A stretch of 64,000 nucleotides of DNA, taken from contig CAMXBD010000001.1 of the NCBI GenBank assembly GCA_947179245.1, positions 11,562-75,561 of the forward strand. Reading direction: 5' to 3'. The position numbers and the translations under genes were made by a program. This stretch comes from an uncultured Lachnospiraceae bacterium (lineage in GTDB: Bacteria > Bacillota > Clostridia > Lachnospirales > Lachnospiraceae). The notes beneath the pieces were generated by a model. The model saw nothing but the letters and a program-made list of their open reading frames with translations, was not told the origin of the DNA and did no database searches. Positions 10,807 through 21,583 of the stretch are shown here, one piece after another (the first letter of the stretch is position 1; each line of letters opens with the position of its first letter).

Positions 10807-11673
10807 ATGACCTTCAGTATCATCGTAGTGTGCCTGAATGCGGGGGAGAAACTGCGGGAGACGATTGACAGCATCCATAATCAGACGGAAAATGATTATG
10901 AGATTATTATAAAAGACGGTGGTTCTACCGATGAGACCACGGTGAGATATATCGAAGAAAATTTGACGGGGGAGGCTGCACCTAAGGGGCAGATCAGGTT
11001 TTTTACTGAGAAAGATACCGGTATTTATGATGCCATGAATCAAGCGGTACAGCATGTTCAGGGAGAATATGTTCTTTTCATGAATTGTGGGGACGGCTTC
11101 TATGATGAGCATGTGCTTGAGCGGGTCAAAGAGCAGATCGGACAGACCGGAAAGAAACACCGGATGCCGGAAACGCAGGATTCGCAGACAATGCCGCAGT
11201 ATATCTTTTATGGGAATATCTATGAGCAGCAGACGGATACACTGGTACAGTCTAATCCGGTCATTGACGATTTTGCATGTTACCGCAATGTGCCTTGCCA
11301 TCAGGCATGTTTCTATGATGCCGGACTACTGCGTAAGAAAGCTTTTGACACTGCTTATGTGGTGCGCGCTGATTATGAACATTTTCTGTGGTGCTATTAT
11401 ACAGCTCATGCAGAAATGGTATATATGCCTGTCACTGTGGCGCTCTATGAGGGCGGAGGATTTTCTGAGACGCGGGCGAATGAAAAAAGATCGCGGCATG
11501 AGCATAGAAAGATCGTAGGTGAATATATGCCGGCTTCTAAGGTATGCAAATACCGTCTGATCATGGCGCTGACACTTGCGCCTCTCAGAACATGGATTGC
11601 GAGAAATCCGGTTACGGCGGGAGTTTATCAGACTATTAAGCGAAGACTGATTTATAGCAAAAGATCTGCATAA
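10807..11673 (+). CDS. GT2 glycosyltransferase (WcaE/WfgS-like; candidate fucosyltransferase)
   Basis: KDGGSTD, EKDTGIYDAMN, FMNCGD, CHQACFY, ADYE. Confidence 0.85.
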   Translation: MTFSIIVVCLNAGEKLRETIDSIHNQTENDYEIIIKDGGSTDETTVRYIEENLTGEAAPKGQIRFFTEKDTGIYDAMNQAVQHVQGEYVLFMNCGDGFYDEHVLERVKEQIGQTGKKHRMPETQDSQTMPQYIFYGNIYEQQTDTLVQSNPVIDDFACYRNVPCHQACFYDAGLLRKKAFDTAYVVRADYEHFLWCYYTAHAEMVYMPVTVALYEGGGFSETRANEKRSRHEHRKIVGEYMPASKVCKYRLIMALTLAPLRTWIARNPVTAGVYQTIKRRLIYSKRSA

Positions 11674-11702
11674 CAATTTAAAATACAACGGAGGGAAGAG
11701 AC

Positions 11703-12989
11703 ATGAAAGTACTATGGGTATGCAACATTATGCTTCCTACAATCGCCAGACAGCTTGGGGCTTCCTACAGCAGCAGGGAAGGGTGGCTGAGCGGGCTGTT
11801 AGAGCGCGTTGTACAGGAGCAGGGATGGAACCGCATTGAATTGGGAATTGCTTTTCCGGTGGATGAGGAGATGGGAAATTTCCATCGTTCGATGCAGCTT
11901 GGCGAAAGTACATCCTGTCCATGTTATGGATTTGTGGAGAATTTAGATACTCCTGAAATATATGATAGCAGCTTGGAACAGCGTTTTAGTGAGATATTGG
12001 AGGATTTTAAGCCGGATATTCTGCATGTGTTCGGCACGGAGTTCCCACATACGCTTGCGTGTATCAAAACTTTCGGACGTCCTGAAAGGACTCTGGTGGG
12101 AATACAGGGTGTGTGCACTGCCATTGCGGAAGAGTATATGGCGGATCTGCCCATGAAGGTGCAAAGACAGGTGACTCTGCGTGACAGAATCAGACAGGAT
12201 AGTCTCAGGCAGCAGCAGAAGAAGTTTAAGAAGCGCGGTGAGAATGAGAAAAAGGCTCTGCTTCTGACCGCAAATATTGCTGGCAGAACGGATTTTGATC
12301 TGGCTCAGGCGAATAAGATTAATCCGGAGGCAAAATACTATTATTTGAATGAAACACTGCGGGAAATCTTTTATCATGACAGGTGGAAGAGAACGGCGTG
12401 CAGACCTTACAGCATTTTCTTAAGTCAGGGTGATTATCCGCTCAAAGGATTTCACTATCTGTTAAGAGCGTTGCCGAAGGTGTTGGAGCAGTTTCCTGAT
12501 GTACATGTCTATGTGGCGGGCAATAATATTATTGAGAACGGTACTTTTCAGGACAGGCTCAAATTATCGGCGTACGGTAAATATCTCAGAAAATTAATCA
12601 AAGAGAATCGTCTTGATGATAAGATTACGATGTTAGGCAAATTGACCGCAGAAGGGATGAAGGAGCAGTATTTACAGAGTCATCTTTTTGTGCTGCCGTC
12701 GGCGTTGGAGAATTCACCTAATTCGCTGGGAGAGGCTATGCTGCTCGGTGTGCCCTGTGTAGCGGCAGATGTAGGCGGAGTACATAACCTGTTGACAGAC
12801 GGTGGTGACGGTATGCTGTATCCGGCAGGAGATGTGGAGGCACTGGCAGAAAGGATCATTGAAATCTTTACAAAGGAAGCCATTGTGGAGCGTTTCTCGG
12901 ACAATGCCAGAAAACACGCGAGAGTGAATCATGATGCGGATCAGAATTATTACCGCCTGATACATATTTATCGGGAGATGTTGTCATGA
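11703..12989 (+). CDS. GT4 glycosyltransferase
   Basis: YPLKGFH, ENSPNSLGEAM (EX7E), ADVGG. Confidence 0.88.
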   Translation: MKVLWVCNIMLPTIARQLGASYSSREGWLSGLLERVVQEQGWNRIELGIAFPVDEEMGNFHRSMQLGESTSCPCYGFVENLDTPEIYDSSLEQRFSEILEDFKPDILHVFGTEFPHTLACIKTFGRPERTLVGIQGVCTAIAEEYMADLPMKVQRQVTLRDRIRQDSLRQQQKKFKKRGENEKKALLLTANIAGRTDFDLAQANKINPEAKYYYLNETLREIFYHDRWKRTACRPYSIFLSQGDYPLKGFHYLLRALPKVLEQFPDVHVYVAGNNIIENGTFQDRLKLSAYGKYLRKLIKENRLDDKITMLGKLTAEGMKEQYLQSHLFVLPSALENSPNSLGEAMLLGVPCVAADVGGVHNLLTDGGDGMLYPAGDVEALAERIIEIFTKEAIVERFSDNARKHARVNHDADQNYYRLIHIYREMLS

Positions 12990-14173
12990 CCTTTACGTTT
13001 GTGTCTAATTACATTAATCATCATCAGATTCCGTTATGTGATGCGCTCTATCGGAAACTGGGGGAAGATTATACGTTTATACAGACTATGCCGATGGAAC
13101 AAGAGCGTCTCGCCATGGGATGGGGCGTGGATATGAGTAAGCTGCCCTATGTGCAGTGTCTGTATGAGGCAGAGTATGACTGTTTAAAAAAGATAGCCGA
13201 GAGTGATGTGGTTATGTTTGGCTGGACGGGCAGGGAGGATCTTGCCGCATCCAGACTTGCCACGGGGAAGACTACTATCCGCGTAAGCGAGCGTCTGTAT
13301 AGGGAAGGGCAGTGGAAAGCGGTTTCACCGCGGGGGCTTGTGGCAAAATACGGGGAACACATCAAATACCGTAAGCAGAATGTATGTCTGCTGTGTGCCG
13401 GTGCCTATACGGCATCGGATTTTCATCTGATAGGCGCATATCCTGATAAGATGTTTAAGTGGGGATATTTTACGAAACTGCGCACTTACAGCGATGAGCA
13501 GTTTGAGGCTATGAAGCCGCAGGATGGTGCGCTTCATATTGCGTGGGCGGGGAGATTTATTCCGCTGAAGCATCCCGAATATGTGGTGCGGCTTGCGAAG
13601 ACACTGCGTGAGAAAGGATATGATTTTTATATCCATATGATGGGCGACGGGGAATTGGAGCCAATGATCCGGCATGATGTGGAAAGTTCGGGATTGTCAC
13701 GGTATTTTCGGCTGTACGGATACGCGGCGCCGGAGCAGGTGCGTGACGTGATGGAGAAGTGCCACATTCATCTTTTTACAAGTAACTATCTGGAAGGCTG
13801 GGGAGCTGTGGTCAATGAAGGAATGAACAGCGGATGCGTGGAAGTGGTCAATGCGCAGGTGGGTGCGGCGCCGTACCTGATCAGGCACGGGGTAAACGGT
13901 CTTGTCTATCCGAAAGACAGCTACGAAAAGATGGAAGATATTGTGTTAGAACTTTTTGCCGACTGGCCAAAATATAAGCAATTGGGACGTGCCGCCTATG
14001 AAACAATCCGTGACACTTGGAATGCGGAGAATGCGGCGCAGGAGCTTCTGCGGTTTTCCAAAGAGTTATTACAGGGCAGGATCATACCTGCACAGGCGGG
14101 ACCTTTGAGCACAGCACTGCCTGTCAGACCGGGGAAGATGTATCAGGCAATGATGGATGATGTGAAAGAGTAG
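12986..14173 (+). CDS. GT4 glycosyltransferase
   Basis: WAGRFIPLKH, EGWGAVVNEGM (EX7E); ATGA overlap with previous gene. Confidence 0.88.
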   Translation: MTFTFVSNYINHHQIPLCDALYRKLGEDYTFIQTMPMEQERLAMGWGVDMSKLPYVQCLYEAEYDCLKKIAESDVVMFGWTGREDLAASRLATGKTTIRVSERLYREGQWKAVSPRGLVAKYGEHIKYRKQNVCLLCAGAYTASDFHLIGAYPDKMFKWGYFTKLRTYSDEQFEAMKPQDGALHIAWAGRFIPLKHPEYVVRLAKTLREKGYDFYIHMMGDGELEPMIRHDVESSGLSRYFRLYGYAAPEQVRDVMEKCHIHLFTSNYLEGWGAVVNEGMNSGCVEVVNAQVGAAPYLIRHGVNGLVYPKDSYEKMEDIVLELFADWPKYKQLGRAAYETIRDTWNAENAAQELLRFSKELLQGRIIPAQAGPLSTALPVRPGKMYQAMMDDVKE

Positions 14174-14226
14174 CGATGCAAAAAGGACAAGGAAAGGGCT
14201 CACGGGAAACTTGGAAAGGAACGGAT

Positions 14227-15225
14227 ATGGCTGAGAAGATCAGTGTGATCGTACCGGTATACAATTCCATAGATTGTCTGGAAAAATGCGTGAAGTCCAT
14301 CTGTGAACAGACATATACGAATCTGGAAATCCTCTTGATCGACGACGGCTCGACAGACGGCACGGATCGGCTGTGCGAGAGGCTTGCTTTGGAGGATTAC
14401 CGTATACGGACTTATCATAAGAAAAACGGAGGCGCATCCTCGGCGCGTAACATCGGAATCAAACTGGCGTCGGGAGAATATTTTGGTTTCGTGGACAGTG
14501 ACGATTATATTGAGCCGGACATGTATGAGTTGATGATTGAAGCTGTCCGGGAGAAGAAGGTGCCCATGGTCCAGATTTCCAGAGATGAGGTAGATGAGGA
14601 GGGCGGACGCCTGCCGGACGTCTGTGTACCGCCGGACGAAACTTGGTTTTGCCAGACGGAGACCTTCCTGAAGGAGCTCTTACTGCATAAGGGCGATTGC
14701 TCTTTCTGTACGAAACTGGTAAGGCGTGATCTATTTGAGAAACACAGATTTCCGGAGGGAGTGCTGAACGAGGATTTTAGTCTGTTGGTGGAAATGTTTC
14801 AGGAGATAGACGGTGTTGTGATTCTGCCAAAACAGTGTTATCATGTGGTGTGCCGCAGCCAGAGTACTACCCGAAGCAAAACGCAGGACAGTTTCTCGCG
14901 TGTCTTTCTGGATATCGTGGATAATGCTGACAGAATGCAGGCGTTGGTGGATCAGAAGTATCCCGGTCTGCATGCTTATGCGATACGTTTTAATTTATAC
15001 CAGAGGCTGGATTACTTACTGCATGTGCCGATTTCACAGATGACGAAGAACAATGATTTTTATTGTAAAGTAAAAGCATATCTGAGAGAACATGTATGCG
15101 ACAGTATTATAAATCCTTATCTGACGGGGAAAAATAAGGTATATCTGCTGCTTCTGACGACAGCGCCTAAGACGGTCAGAAAAGTTCATGCGCGTAAAAT
15201 GGCGGCAAGAGAAAGTCATGGTTAA
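14227..15225 (+). CDS. GT2 glycosyltransferase
   Basis: ISVIVPVYN, IDDGSTD, NGGASSARN, FVDSDD, LNED; RBS AAAGGA before ATG 14227. Confidence 0.9.
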   Translation: MAEKISVIVPVYNSIDCLEKCVKSICEQTYTNLEILLIDDGSTDGTDRLCERLALEDYRIRTYHKKNGGASSARNIGIKLASGEYFGFVDSDDYIEPDMYELMIEAVREKKVPMVQISRDEVDEEGGRLPDVCVPPDETWFCQTETFLKELLLHKGDCSFCTKLVRRDLFEKHRFPEGVLNEDFSLLVEMFQEIDGVVILPKQCYHVVCRSQSTTRSKTQDSFSRVFLDIVDNADRMQALVDQKYPGLHAYAIRFNLYQRLDYLLHVPISQMTKNNDFYCKVKAYLREHVCDSIINPYLTGKNKVYLLLLTTAPKTVRKVHARKMAARESHG

Positions 15226-16939
15226 AGCAATGCATACAGAGAAAATGACCAGAAAATATCTCATAGCGTTCTTGATCATATGGGTGGTGCAGATGGCGGC
15301 CGCCTTTTATTTCTGTGCACAAAAACAAGGATTTCACGAAGACGAATATTATACTTATTACTCTACTGCACGCACCAACGGTTTCTATGTGGAGGACGGA
15401 CAGTGGATGGACAGGGAAACTTACTGGAATGAGTTTGTGGTGCTTCCCGACCAGCGTTTTCAATATGGACTGGTCAGGCTGGTGCAGTCATGGGACGTGC
15501 ATCCGCCGATGTATTACTGGGCGTTCCACACGGCGGCTTCGTTGGTGCCGAATGTGTTCTCAAAGTGGATCGGGCTGTCTGTAAATCTGTTTTTTCACGG
15601 AATTAATATCATATTACTGACATATTTGTCATATTTAATCAGCAGACGCGATATAAAACTCTCGCTTTTTGTATCGCTGTTCTATGGGATTACTCCTGCC
15701 GCCATGAGCGGAGTTGTGTTTATCAGAATGTATGAAATGTTGACAATGATGGTGCTGCTGTGCGCGATCCTGCATGTGCGGGCGGCGGAGGCGGATGAAA
15801 AGAAGCTGTCTGTGAGAAAATGTCTCGTTCCGATGGTGGTGGTGACATACGTCGGATTTCTGACACAGTACTATTATTTTATTTTTTTGTTTTATATTGC
15901 GATCGCCTTTGGCGTGTGGCTTCTGTGGAGAGACCGGAATTTATGGAACTGTATACGATACGGAGCGGCACAGGGCGCCTCGCTGCTGCTTGCCTATCTG
16001 ACATATCCTTCCTGTCTCGGACAGATGTTTCGTGGGCAGAGGGGTGCACAGGCAACGGAAAATTTTTTCAATATTTCTAATACGTTAGAGAGGTTCTGTT
16101 TTTTTGGGGAACTGATGAACCGGTATGCGTTCGGCCATTTGTTTTTTGCAGGTCTTCTTGTGATTTTGCTATTTGCTGTAACAATACGCAGGAAGAGTGA
16201 GCGTATTGCGAAAAAAGGTACGCGGCAAAGCTTACAGGCTCATTGGGAGCGAAATGACACATGCACGAGGGCGGGATTTAAAATGCTTACTTTTGCGGCG
16301 GCTGGTTATTTTCTGACGGTCTCTAAGACGGCGCTTCTTCTTGGGGCGACTTCTAACCGCTATCAGCTTCCGATTTATGGGATTGCCGTGCTTCTGCTTT
16401 TTGTGGGAATCCGGACGCTGTGGCGGAGGGCGGTACGGCTATCTGCTGTGCCGGAATGCCAAAAATCCGACATTTTTGCATGGATTGTCAAGCATAGGAA
16501 GTATGCGGGATATGCAGTCATGGCGTTGTGCCTGATGACGGTATCGGCATCGCTTCACTTTGATGGGGTGATATTCCTGTATCCCGAAGATCAAGAGCAG
16601 ACAGCATTTGCAAAGAAGTGTGCAGAGGAAGATATTCCTGTTGTCTATCTGTATCAGAAAGGGGAGGAATGGTGCATATGGGATGTGGCGAACGAACTGT
16701 TTGCTTATCCGGAGGTATATTTTATAGATGCACAGAGGGGAGTGCAGGCGCAGGGTGAAGCATTCATCACTGACGAGAAAATACGAAATGCGGATGCAAT
16801 GGTCGTATATATTGCAAAAGGAGCGGACAGCGATGAGCAGACGATGGGGATTGCCGGCAGCAATGAACGGGGAATAGACAGCGTTCAGTGCATGTTCTCT
16901 GAAAAGTATTGCAACGTGTACTATTTCTTTGATGAATAA
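15218..16939 (+). CDS. Polytopic membrane protein, putative GT-C (PMT/ArnT-like) glycosyltransferase
   Basis: GFHEDEYYTY acidic pair after TM1, DVHPPMYY, FIRMY, many TMs. Confidence 0.7.
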   Translation: MVKAMHTEKMTRKYLIAFLIIWVVQMAAAFYFCAQKQGFHEDEYYTYYSTARTNGFYVEDGQWMDRETYWNEFVVLPDQRFQYGLVRLVQSWDVHPPMYYWAFHTAASLVPNVFSKWIGLSVNLFFHGINIILLTYLSYLISRRDIKLSLFVSLFYGITPAAMSGVVFIRMYEMLTMMVLLCAILHVRAAEADEKKLSVRKCLVPMVVVTYVGFLTQYYYFIFLFYIAIAFGVWLLWRDRNLWNCIRYGAAQGASLLLAYLTYPSCLGQMFRGQRGAQATENFFNISNTLERFCFFGELMNRYAFGHLFFAGLLVILLFAVTIRRKSERIAKKGTRQSLQAHWERNDTCTRAGFKMLTFAAAGYFLTVSKTALLLGATSNRYQLPIYGIAVLLLFVGIRTLWRRAVRLSAVPECQKSDIFAWIVKHRKYAGYAVMALCLMTVSASLHFDGVIFLYPEDQEQTAFAKKCAEEDIPVVYLYQKGEEWCIWDVANELFAYPEVYFIDAQRGVQAQGEAFITDEKIRNADAMVVYIAKGADSDEQTMGIAGSNERGIDSVQCMFSEKYCNVYYFFDE

Positions 16940-16945
16940 GGATGA

Positions 16946-16974
16946 TTGCAAACAAGTTTTTCCTATGATATACT
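16946..16974 (+). promoter_or_regulatory. SigA-type promoter upstream of pseB
   Basis: TTGCAA-17 bp-TATACT with TG extended -10. Confidence 0.65.
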
Positions 16975-17018
16975 AATGGACGGTGTATAAGTTTATATTT
17001 TGATGCGGAGGAGAACTC

Positions 17019-18014
17019 ATGTTAAATAATAAAACGATTCTGGTAACCGGGGGAACGGGCTCTTTTGGAAAGTGTTTTGCCAGATATGTGTTGACTCATT
17101 ATGAACCTAAGAAGATTATCGTCTATTCCAGAGATGAATTTAAACAGTGGATGATGGCGGATGAATTTAAAGAATACGAAAACAAGCTCCGCTTTTTTAT
17201 CGGAGATGTGAGGGACGTGGACCGTCTTAAGAGAGCCTGTGAAGGTGTGGACTATATTATCCATGCGGCGGCGTTAAAGCAGGTGCCTGCATGTGAATAT
17301 AATCCCAATGAGGCGATCAAGACGAATATCCATGGAGCCATGAATGTGATTGATGCGGCATTAGACTGCGGTGTGAGCCGGGTAGTGGCGTTGTCTACTG
17401 ATAAAGCGGTTAATCCGGTTAACCTCTACGGCGGTACAAAACTCGTGTCGGACAAGCTGTTTGTTGCGGCGAATGCCTATGCGGGTGCAAAAGATATCAA
17501 CTTTTCCATTGTGCGGTACGGAAACGTGGCAGGCAGCCGTGGCTCTGTTATTCCTGTATTCCGCAAGGTGATCGAGGAAGGCAAAACTGAGCTGCCGGTG
17601 ACGGATGTCAGAATGACAAGATTCTGGATTAGTCTGACACAGGGTGTGGAGCTGGTGATCAAGGCACTTGCGGAAGCGAAGGGCGGAGAAACTTTTATCA
17701 GCAAGATCCCTTCCTTCAAAGTTACCGATCTGGCGGAGGCGATGCTGCCGGGATGCACGATCAGGGAGACGGGTATCAGACCCGGTGAGAAACTACATGA
17801 GATCATGGTGACTACTGAGGATTCCCACACCACTTATGAGTATGATAAACATTTCATTGTATATCCGCAGATGACGTGGAATGACAGGCAGCAGCCTGAT
17901 TTAAGCGGTAAAAAAGTGGAAGAAGGCTTTTCATACAGTTCGGGCACCAACACAGAGTGGCTGTCGGTGGAGGACATCAGAAGATTGCTTAAGGATGTAG
18001 AGCCGGCAAAGTGA
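17019..18014 (+). CDS. pseB: UDP-N-acetylglucosamine 4,6-dehydratase (inverting)
   Basis: TGGTGSFG, YSRDEFKQ, HAAALKQVPACEYNP, STDKA, YGGTK, RYGNVAGSRGSV, MTRFWI. Confidence 0.93.
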   Translation: MLNNKTILVTGGTGSFGKCFARYVLTHYEPKKIIVYSRDEFKQWMMADEFKEYENKLRFFIGDVRDVDRLKRACEGVDYIIHAAALKQVPACEYNPNEAIKTNIHGAMNVIDAALDCGVSRVVALSTDKAVNPVNLYGGTKLVSDKLFVAANAYAGAKDINFSIVRYGNVAGSRGSVIPVFRKVIEEGKTELPVTDVRMTRFWISLTQGVELVIKALAEAKGGETFISKIPSFKVTDLAEAMLPGCTIRETGIRPGEKLHEIMVTTEDSHTTYEYDKHFIVYPQMTWNDRQQPDLSGKKVEEGFSYSSGTNTEWLSVEDIRRLLKDVEPAK

Positions 18015-18131
18015 TAGGATGTGTGCTGGCATAGAGGAAGTTTAAGAGGGGACATGTATGTTGAGTGCATGTCCTTTATGGTTTGTATAGCATATTATGC
18101 GACGAAAAGGGACATGCGGGGAGAGAAAGAT

Positions 18132-19343
18132 ATGAACCAGTCTGCGATAAGTAAACCTGCCATTGAAGGCGGTATTCCGGTAAGAGAGACGAAAATATAT
18201 TACGGGCATCAGTATATAGATGATGCGGATGTTCAGGCGGTGGTGGAGGTCTTAAAGTACGGTGATTTAACGTGCGGACCAAAGATCAAAGAGCTTGAGG
18301 ATAAATTATGCGCAGTGACCGGGGCAAAATATGCGGTCGTGTGTAGTAACGGCACGGCAGCGCTCCATATGGCGGCGCTTGCAGCGGGAGTAGGGGAAGG
18401 TGACGAAGTAATCACTACGCCGATCACCTTTGCGGCATCTGCCAACTGTGCTCTTTATTGTGGCGCCAGACCGGTATTTGCAGATATTGATCCGGAGACA
18501 TATAATATCGACCCGCAGAAAATAGAAGAAGCGGTAACGGAGAATACCAAGGCTGTAGTTGTGGTAGATTACACAGGACAATCCGTGGATCTGGAACCGA
18601 TTCAGAAGATTTGTAAAGAACATAATCTGGTATTGATTGAGGATGGAGCCCATGTGATCGGGACAAAGTATCAAGGCAAAGGGAACGGTTCAATCTCCGA
18701 TATGACCACGTTCAGCTTTCATCCGGTGAAGACTGTCACCGGCGGAGAAGGCGGCGCGGTGCTTACCAATGATGAGACATTGTATAAGAAATTATTACTC
18801 TATCGGTCTCATGGCATTACGCGGGATAGCGGGCTGATGGAGCATGAACCGGAAGGCCCGTGGTATTATGAACAGATGGATCTGGGGTACAATTACCGTA
18901 TGACAGATATTCAGGCGGCGCTTATCATTAGTCAGCTTGACAAGCTTACGATGTTCAGCAGAAGAAGAAAAGAGATTGTGGCAAGGTATAATGAGGCGTT
19001 TGACAAATTACCATCTTTGTTTGTGCAGAAGGAAATACCGGAATCAGACACGACAAGACATTTGTATATTCTCCGCATCGTGCCGGAGAAACTTACGATT
19101 AACAGAAGGCAGTTTTTTGATGCGCTGTGGGCAGAGAATGTATGCTGCAATGTACATTATATCCCGACGTACTATTTCCCTTATTATGAGAAATTGGGCT
19201 ACAAGAGAGGATTGTGTCCGAATGCGGAGAAGCTGTATGAGGAAATCATCTCCCTGCCGCTTTATTATGCCATGACCGATGAGGATGTGGAGAGCGTGAT
19301 CGGGGCGGTAACAAAAATTGCGACATATTATGCGGTGGTGTAA
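18132..19343 (+). CDS. pseC: UDP-4-amino-4,6-dideoxy-N-acetyl-beta-L-altrosamine transaminase
   Basis: YGHQYIDDAD, NGTAALH, FSFHPVKTVTGGEGG (PLP lysine), RSHGI, GYNYRMTD; follows pseB. Confidence 0.92.
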   Translation: MNQSAISKPAIEGGIPVRETKIYYGHQYIDDADVQAVVEVLKYGDLTCGPKIKELEDKLCAVTGAKYAVVCSNGTAALHMAALAAGVGEGDEVITTPITFAASANCALYCGARPVFADIDPETYNIDPQKIEEAVTENTKAVVVVDYTGQSVDLEPIQKICKEHNLVLIEDGAHVIGTKYQGKGNGSISDMTTFSFHPVKTVTGGEGGAVLTNDETLYKKLLLYRSHGITRDSGLMEHEPEGPWYYEQMDLGYNYRMTDIQAALIISQLDKLTMFSRRRKEIVARYNEAFDKLPSLFVQKEIPESDTTRHLYILRIVPEKLTINRRQFFDALWAENVCCNVHYIPTYYFPYYEKLGYKRGLCPNAEKLYEEIISLPLYYAMTDEDVESVIGAVTKIATYYAVV

Positions 19344-19345
19344 AT

Positions 19346-21583
19346 ATGCAGAGCAGACAAATACCGATGAAAAATAAAATTATATATATTGTGGCAGTGT
19401 GTCTTATTACGCTGCTGCTCTGGCTGAGTAATGAAGGCAGCAGTCCGCTGGTATATACGGGGGCAGGACTGCAGCATTCGGTGGGACTGATAGATTCTGC
19501 GGATAGTCTTGTAGTACGGGACTCTGTGGCAATGAACGGCATTGCTGCCAAAACACCTGAGTACGTCATGAATAAAGGTACATATACCGTACAACTGGAT
19601 TACATTGCGGACGAGGAGGGGTCTGTTCTGGAATTGTGGGAACAGGAAAGAAAGGTGGCAGCGTGGACTATCGATTCATCCCAGACCCGGCTTGTCGTTG
19701 ATTTTACGTTGTCCAAGGATGCAAAGCAGCTGCAGCTGCAGGTGAATTACAGCGGAAAAGGTGCGCTGACGATCAAGAGCTTAAGTTTTTCGCCTGATAA
19801 ATTTTTTTATACGGATACATACTTTTTTATAGTGGTATTTTTGCTGTGCAGTTTTTTTGTATGGAAATATTTTATCGAGGGCGGACGGCAGCTTAATCAG
19901 GAGCAGCTTGTAGACTACAGTATTATTCTGGGGGTTGCGCTCCTTGCCACGACTCCGTTGATGCAGACGTATCTTTATAACGGGGATGATTTGTGCTACC
20001 ATCTTGCGCGTATGGAAGGGCTTAAGGACGGCATTTTAGACGGACAGATACCGGTCAATATCCAACCGGAGGGACTGCAGGGGAACGGATATCTGAATGC
20101 CATGTATCCGTATCTTTTTCTGTATATAGGAGCTTTCCTGAGAATCTGCCGTGTTTCCATCGGACTATCATATAAGGTACTGATCTTTCTGGCAAACCTT
20201 GCCTCGGCAGTCTGTGCTTATACAGCCGTAAAATCTATGTGCAGGTCGCGCCGCAGTGTGATTCTGGCGGTAGTGCTGTACACACTTATGCCGTATCGGT
20301 TTACCAATATTTTTTCCAGAGGCGATTTGGGAGAAACGCTGGCGCTTATTTTCTGGCCGTTGGTCATTGCGGGTCTGTATCATATTATTATGGGAGAACG
20401 GAAGAAATGGTATTATCTGGTGATCGGATTTGGCGGTATCTTTCAAAGCCATATTTTAAGTGCGACGTTTGTGGCGGCAATCTGCATTATTACCGCACTT
20501 GTGTGGTGCAGGCGTATCGTGCGTGAAAAAAGATATATAGAGATTGGTAAAGCGGCGGGCATGACGCTGCTGCTGAATATGTGGTATCTGGTGCCGTTTT
20601 TATACTATTATTTTGGAGAGAGGCTCAATACGGATATACTCAGATGGAGCGGTTATTTTGAACAATCCATCAACCCATCCAATCTGACGCAGAGCCTCAG
20701 TCTGTATAATAAACAGTATTTTTCACTTGGGCTGGCTCTTTTGGGATGTGCCGGCATCGGTGTGATACAGATTGTATGTGAGAGAGATAGAGAGAAAAAT
20801 GACAGGGATGGTTATCTGCTTTATCTGTTTGTAATGGGATGTATATTGACTTATATGATCACAGGATACTTTCCGAGCAAGGCGCTGCTTGCGAATGAAT
20901 TGTTTGAAAGCATTGCCACAATGCTTCAGTTCCCGTGGCGTTTCTTAGGACCTGCATCGACATGCTTTGTGTTTGTGGGAGCGATATGGCTGTCTGAGTC
21001 GCAAATACTGAAATCATACCGGAATATTATTTTTGCGCTGCTGATAGGTTTGAATCTTCTGGTAATCATTTCGGTTCCGACAGATAACAGCCATATGCCT
21101 TATGCAAATGCTGAGGCGGCGGCATCTAAGGGGCATGAAACGAAGTTTGCTACGAATATCGGATTGTTCTATCCTCATGAATGGAGACTGGATGGTACAT
21201 CTGACGATAAGCTGACTTCGAGTGTGGTTACTTCTGATCCGAATAATGTGTCGGTTCGCCAATATCAGAAGAAAGGAACTAAAGCTGAGGTAACATACAC
21301 GGCTGAAAAGGAAAGTTATTTAGAATTGCCGATACAGGGCTATCTTGGATACCGTGCTTACGATGAGGAGGGTAATAAGCTCGAAATCGGGCAGGGTATA
21401 GGAGGCAGGATGCGGTTTATGCTGGAAGGGGATGGCTTAGAACATACAATCAGCGTACGTTACGGACCGCATTTAATGTTTATTATCTCGAATCTGGTTT
21501 CTGCATTGACGATAGCATGTATTGTATGGCAGATGTACAGACGCAGAAGAAGCGGTCAGGAGGTCAGCGCGCAAGCGATTTGA
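19346..21583 (+). CDS. Membrane protein, YfhO/PTPS-related family, putative GT-C glycosyltransferase
   Basis: N-terminal external domain, GDDLCYHLARMEG, RGDLGETLA, QFPWRFL, C-terminal LELPIQGYLGY plus terminal TM. Confidence 0.7.
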   Translation: MQSRQIPMKNKIIYIVAVCLITLLLWLSNEGSSPLVYTGAGLQHSVGLIDSADSLVVRDSVAMNGIAAKTPEYVMNKGTYTVQLDYIADEEGSVLELWEQERKVAAWTIDSSQTRLVVDFTLSKDAKQLQLQVNYSGKGALTIKSLSFSPDKFFYTDTYFFIVVFLLCSFFVWKYFIEGGRQLNQEQLVDYSIILGVALLATTPLMQTYLYNGDDLCYHLARMEGLKDGILDGQIPVNIQPEGLQGNGYLNAMYPYLFLYIGAFLRICRVSIGLSYKVLIFLANLASAVCAYTAVKSMCRSRRSVILAVVLYTLMPYRFTNIFSRGDLGETLALIFWPLVIAGLYHIIMGERKKWYYLVIGFGGIFQSHILSATFVAAICIITALVWCRRIVREKRYIEIGKAAGMTLLLNMWYLVPFLYYYFGERLNTDILRWSGYFEQSINPSNLTQSLSLYNKQYFSLGLALLGCAGIGVIQIVCERDREKNDRDGYLLYLFVMGCILTYMITGYFPSKALLANELFESIATMLQFPWRFLGPASTCFVFVGAIWLSESQILKSYRNIIFALLIGLNLLVIISVPTDNSHMPYANAEAAASKGHETKFATNIGLFYPHEWRLDGTSDDKLTSSVVTSDPNNVSVRQYQKKGTKAEVTYTAEKESYLELPIQGYLGYRAYDEEGNKLEIGQGIGGRMRFMLEGDGLEHTISVRYGPHLMFIISNLVSALTIACIVWQMYRRRRSGQEVSAQAI

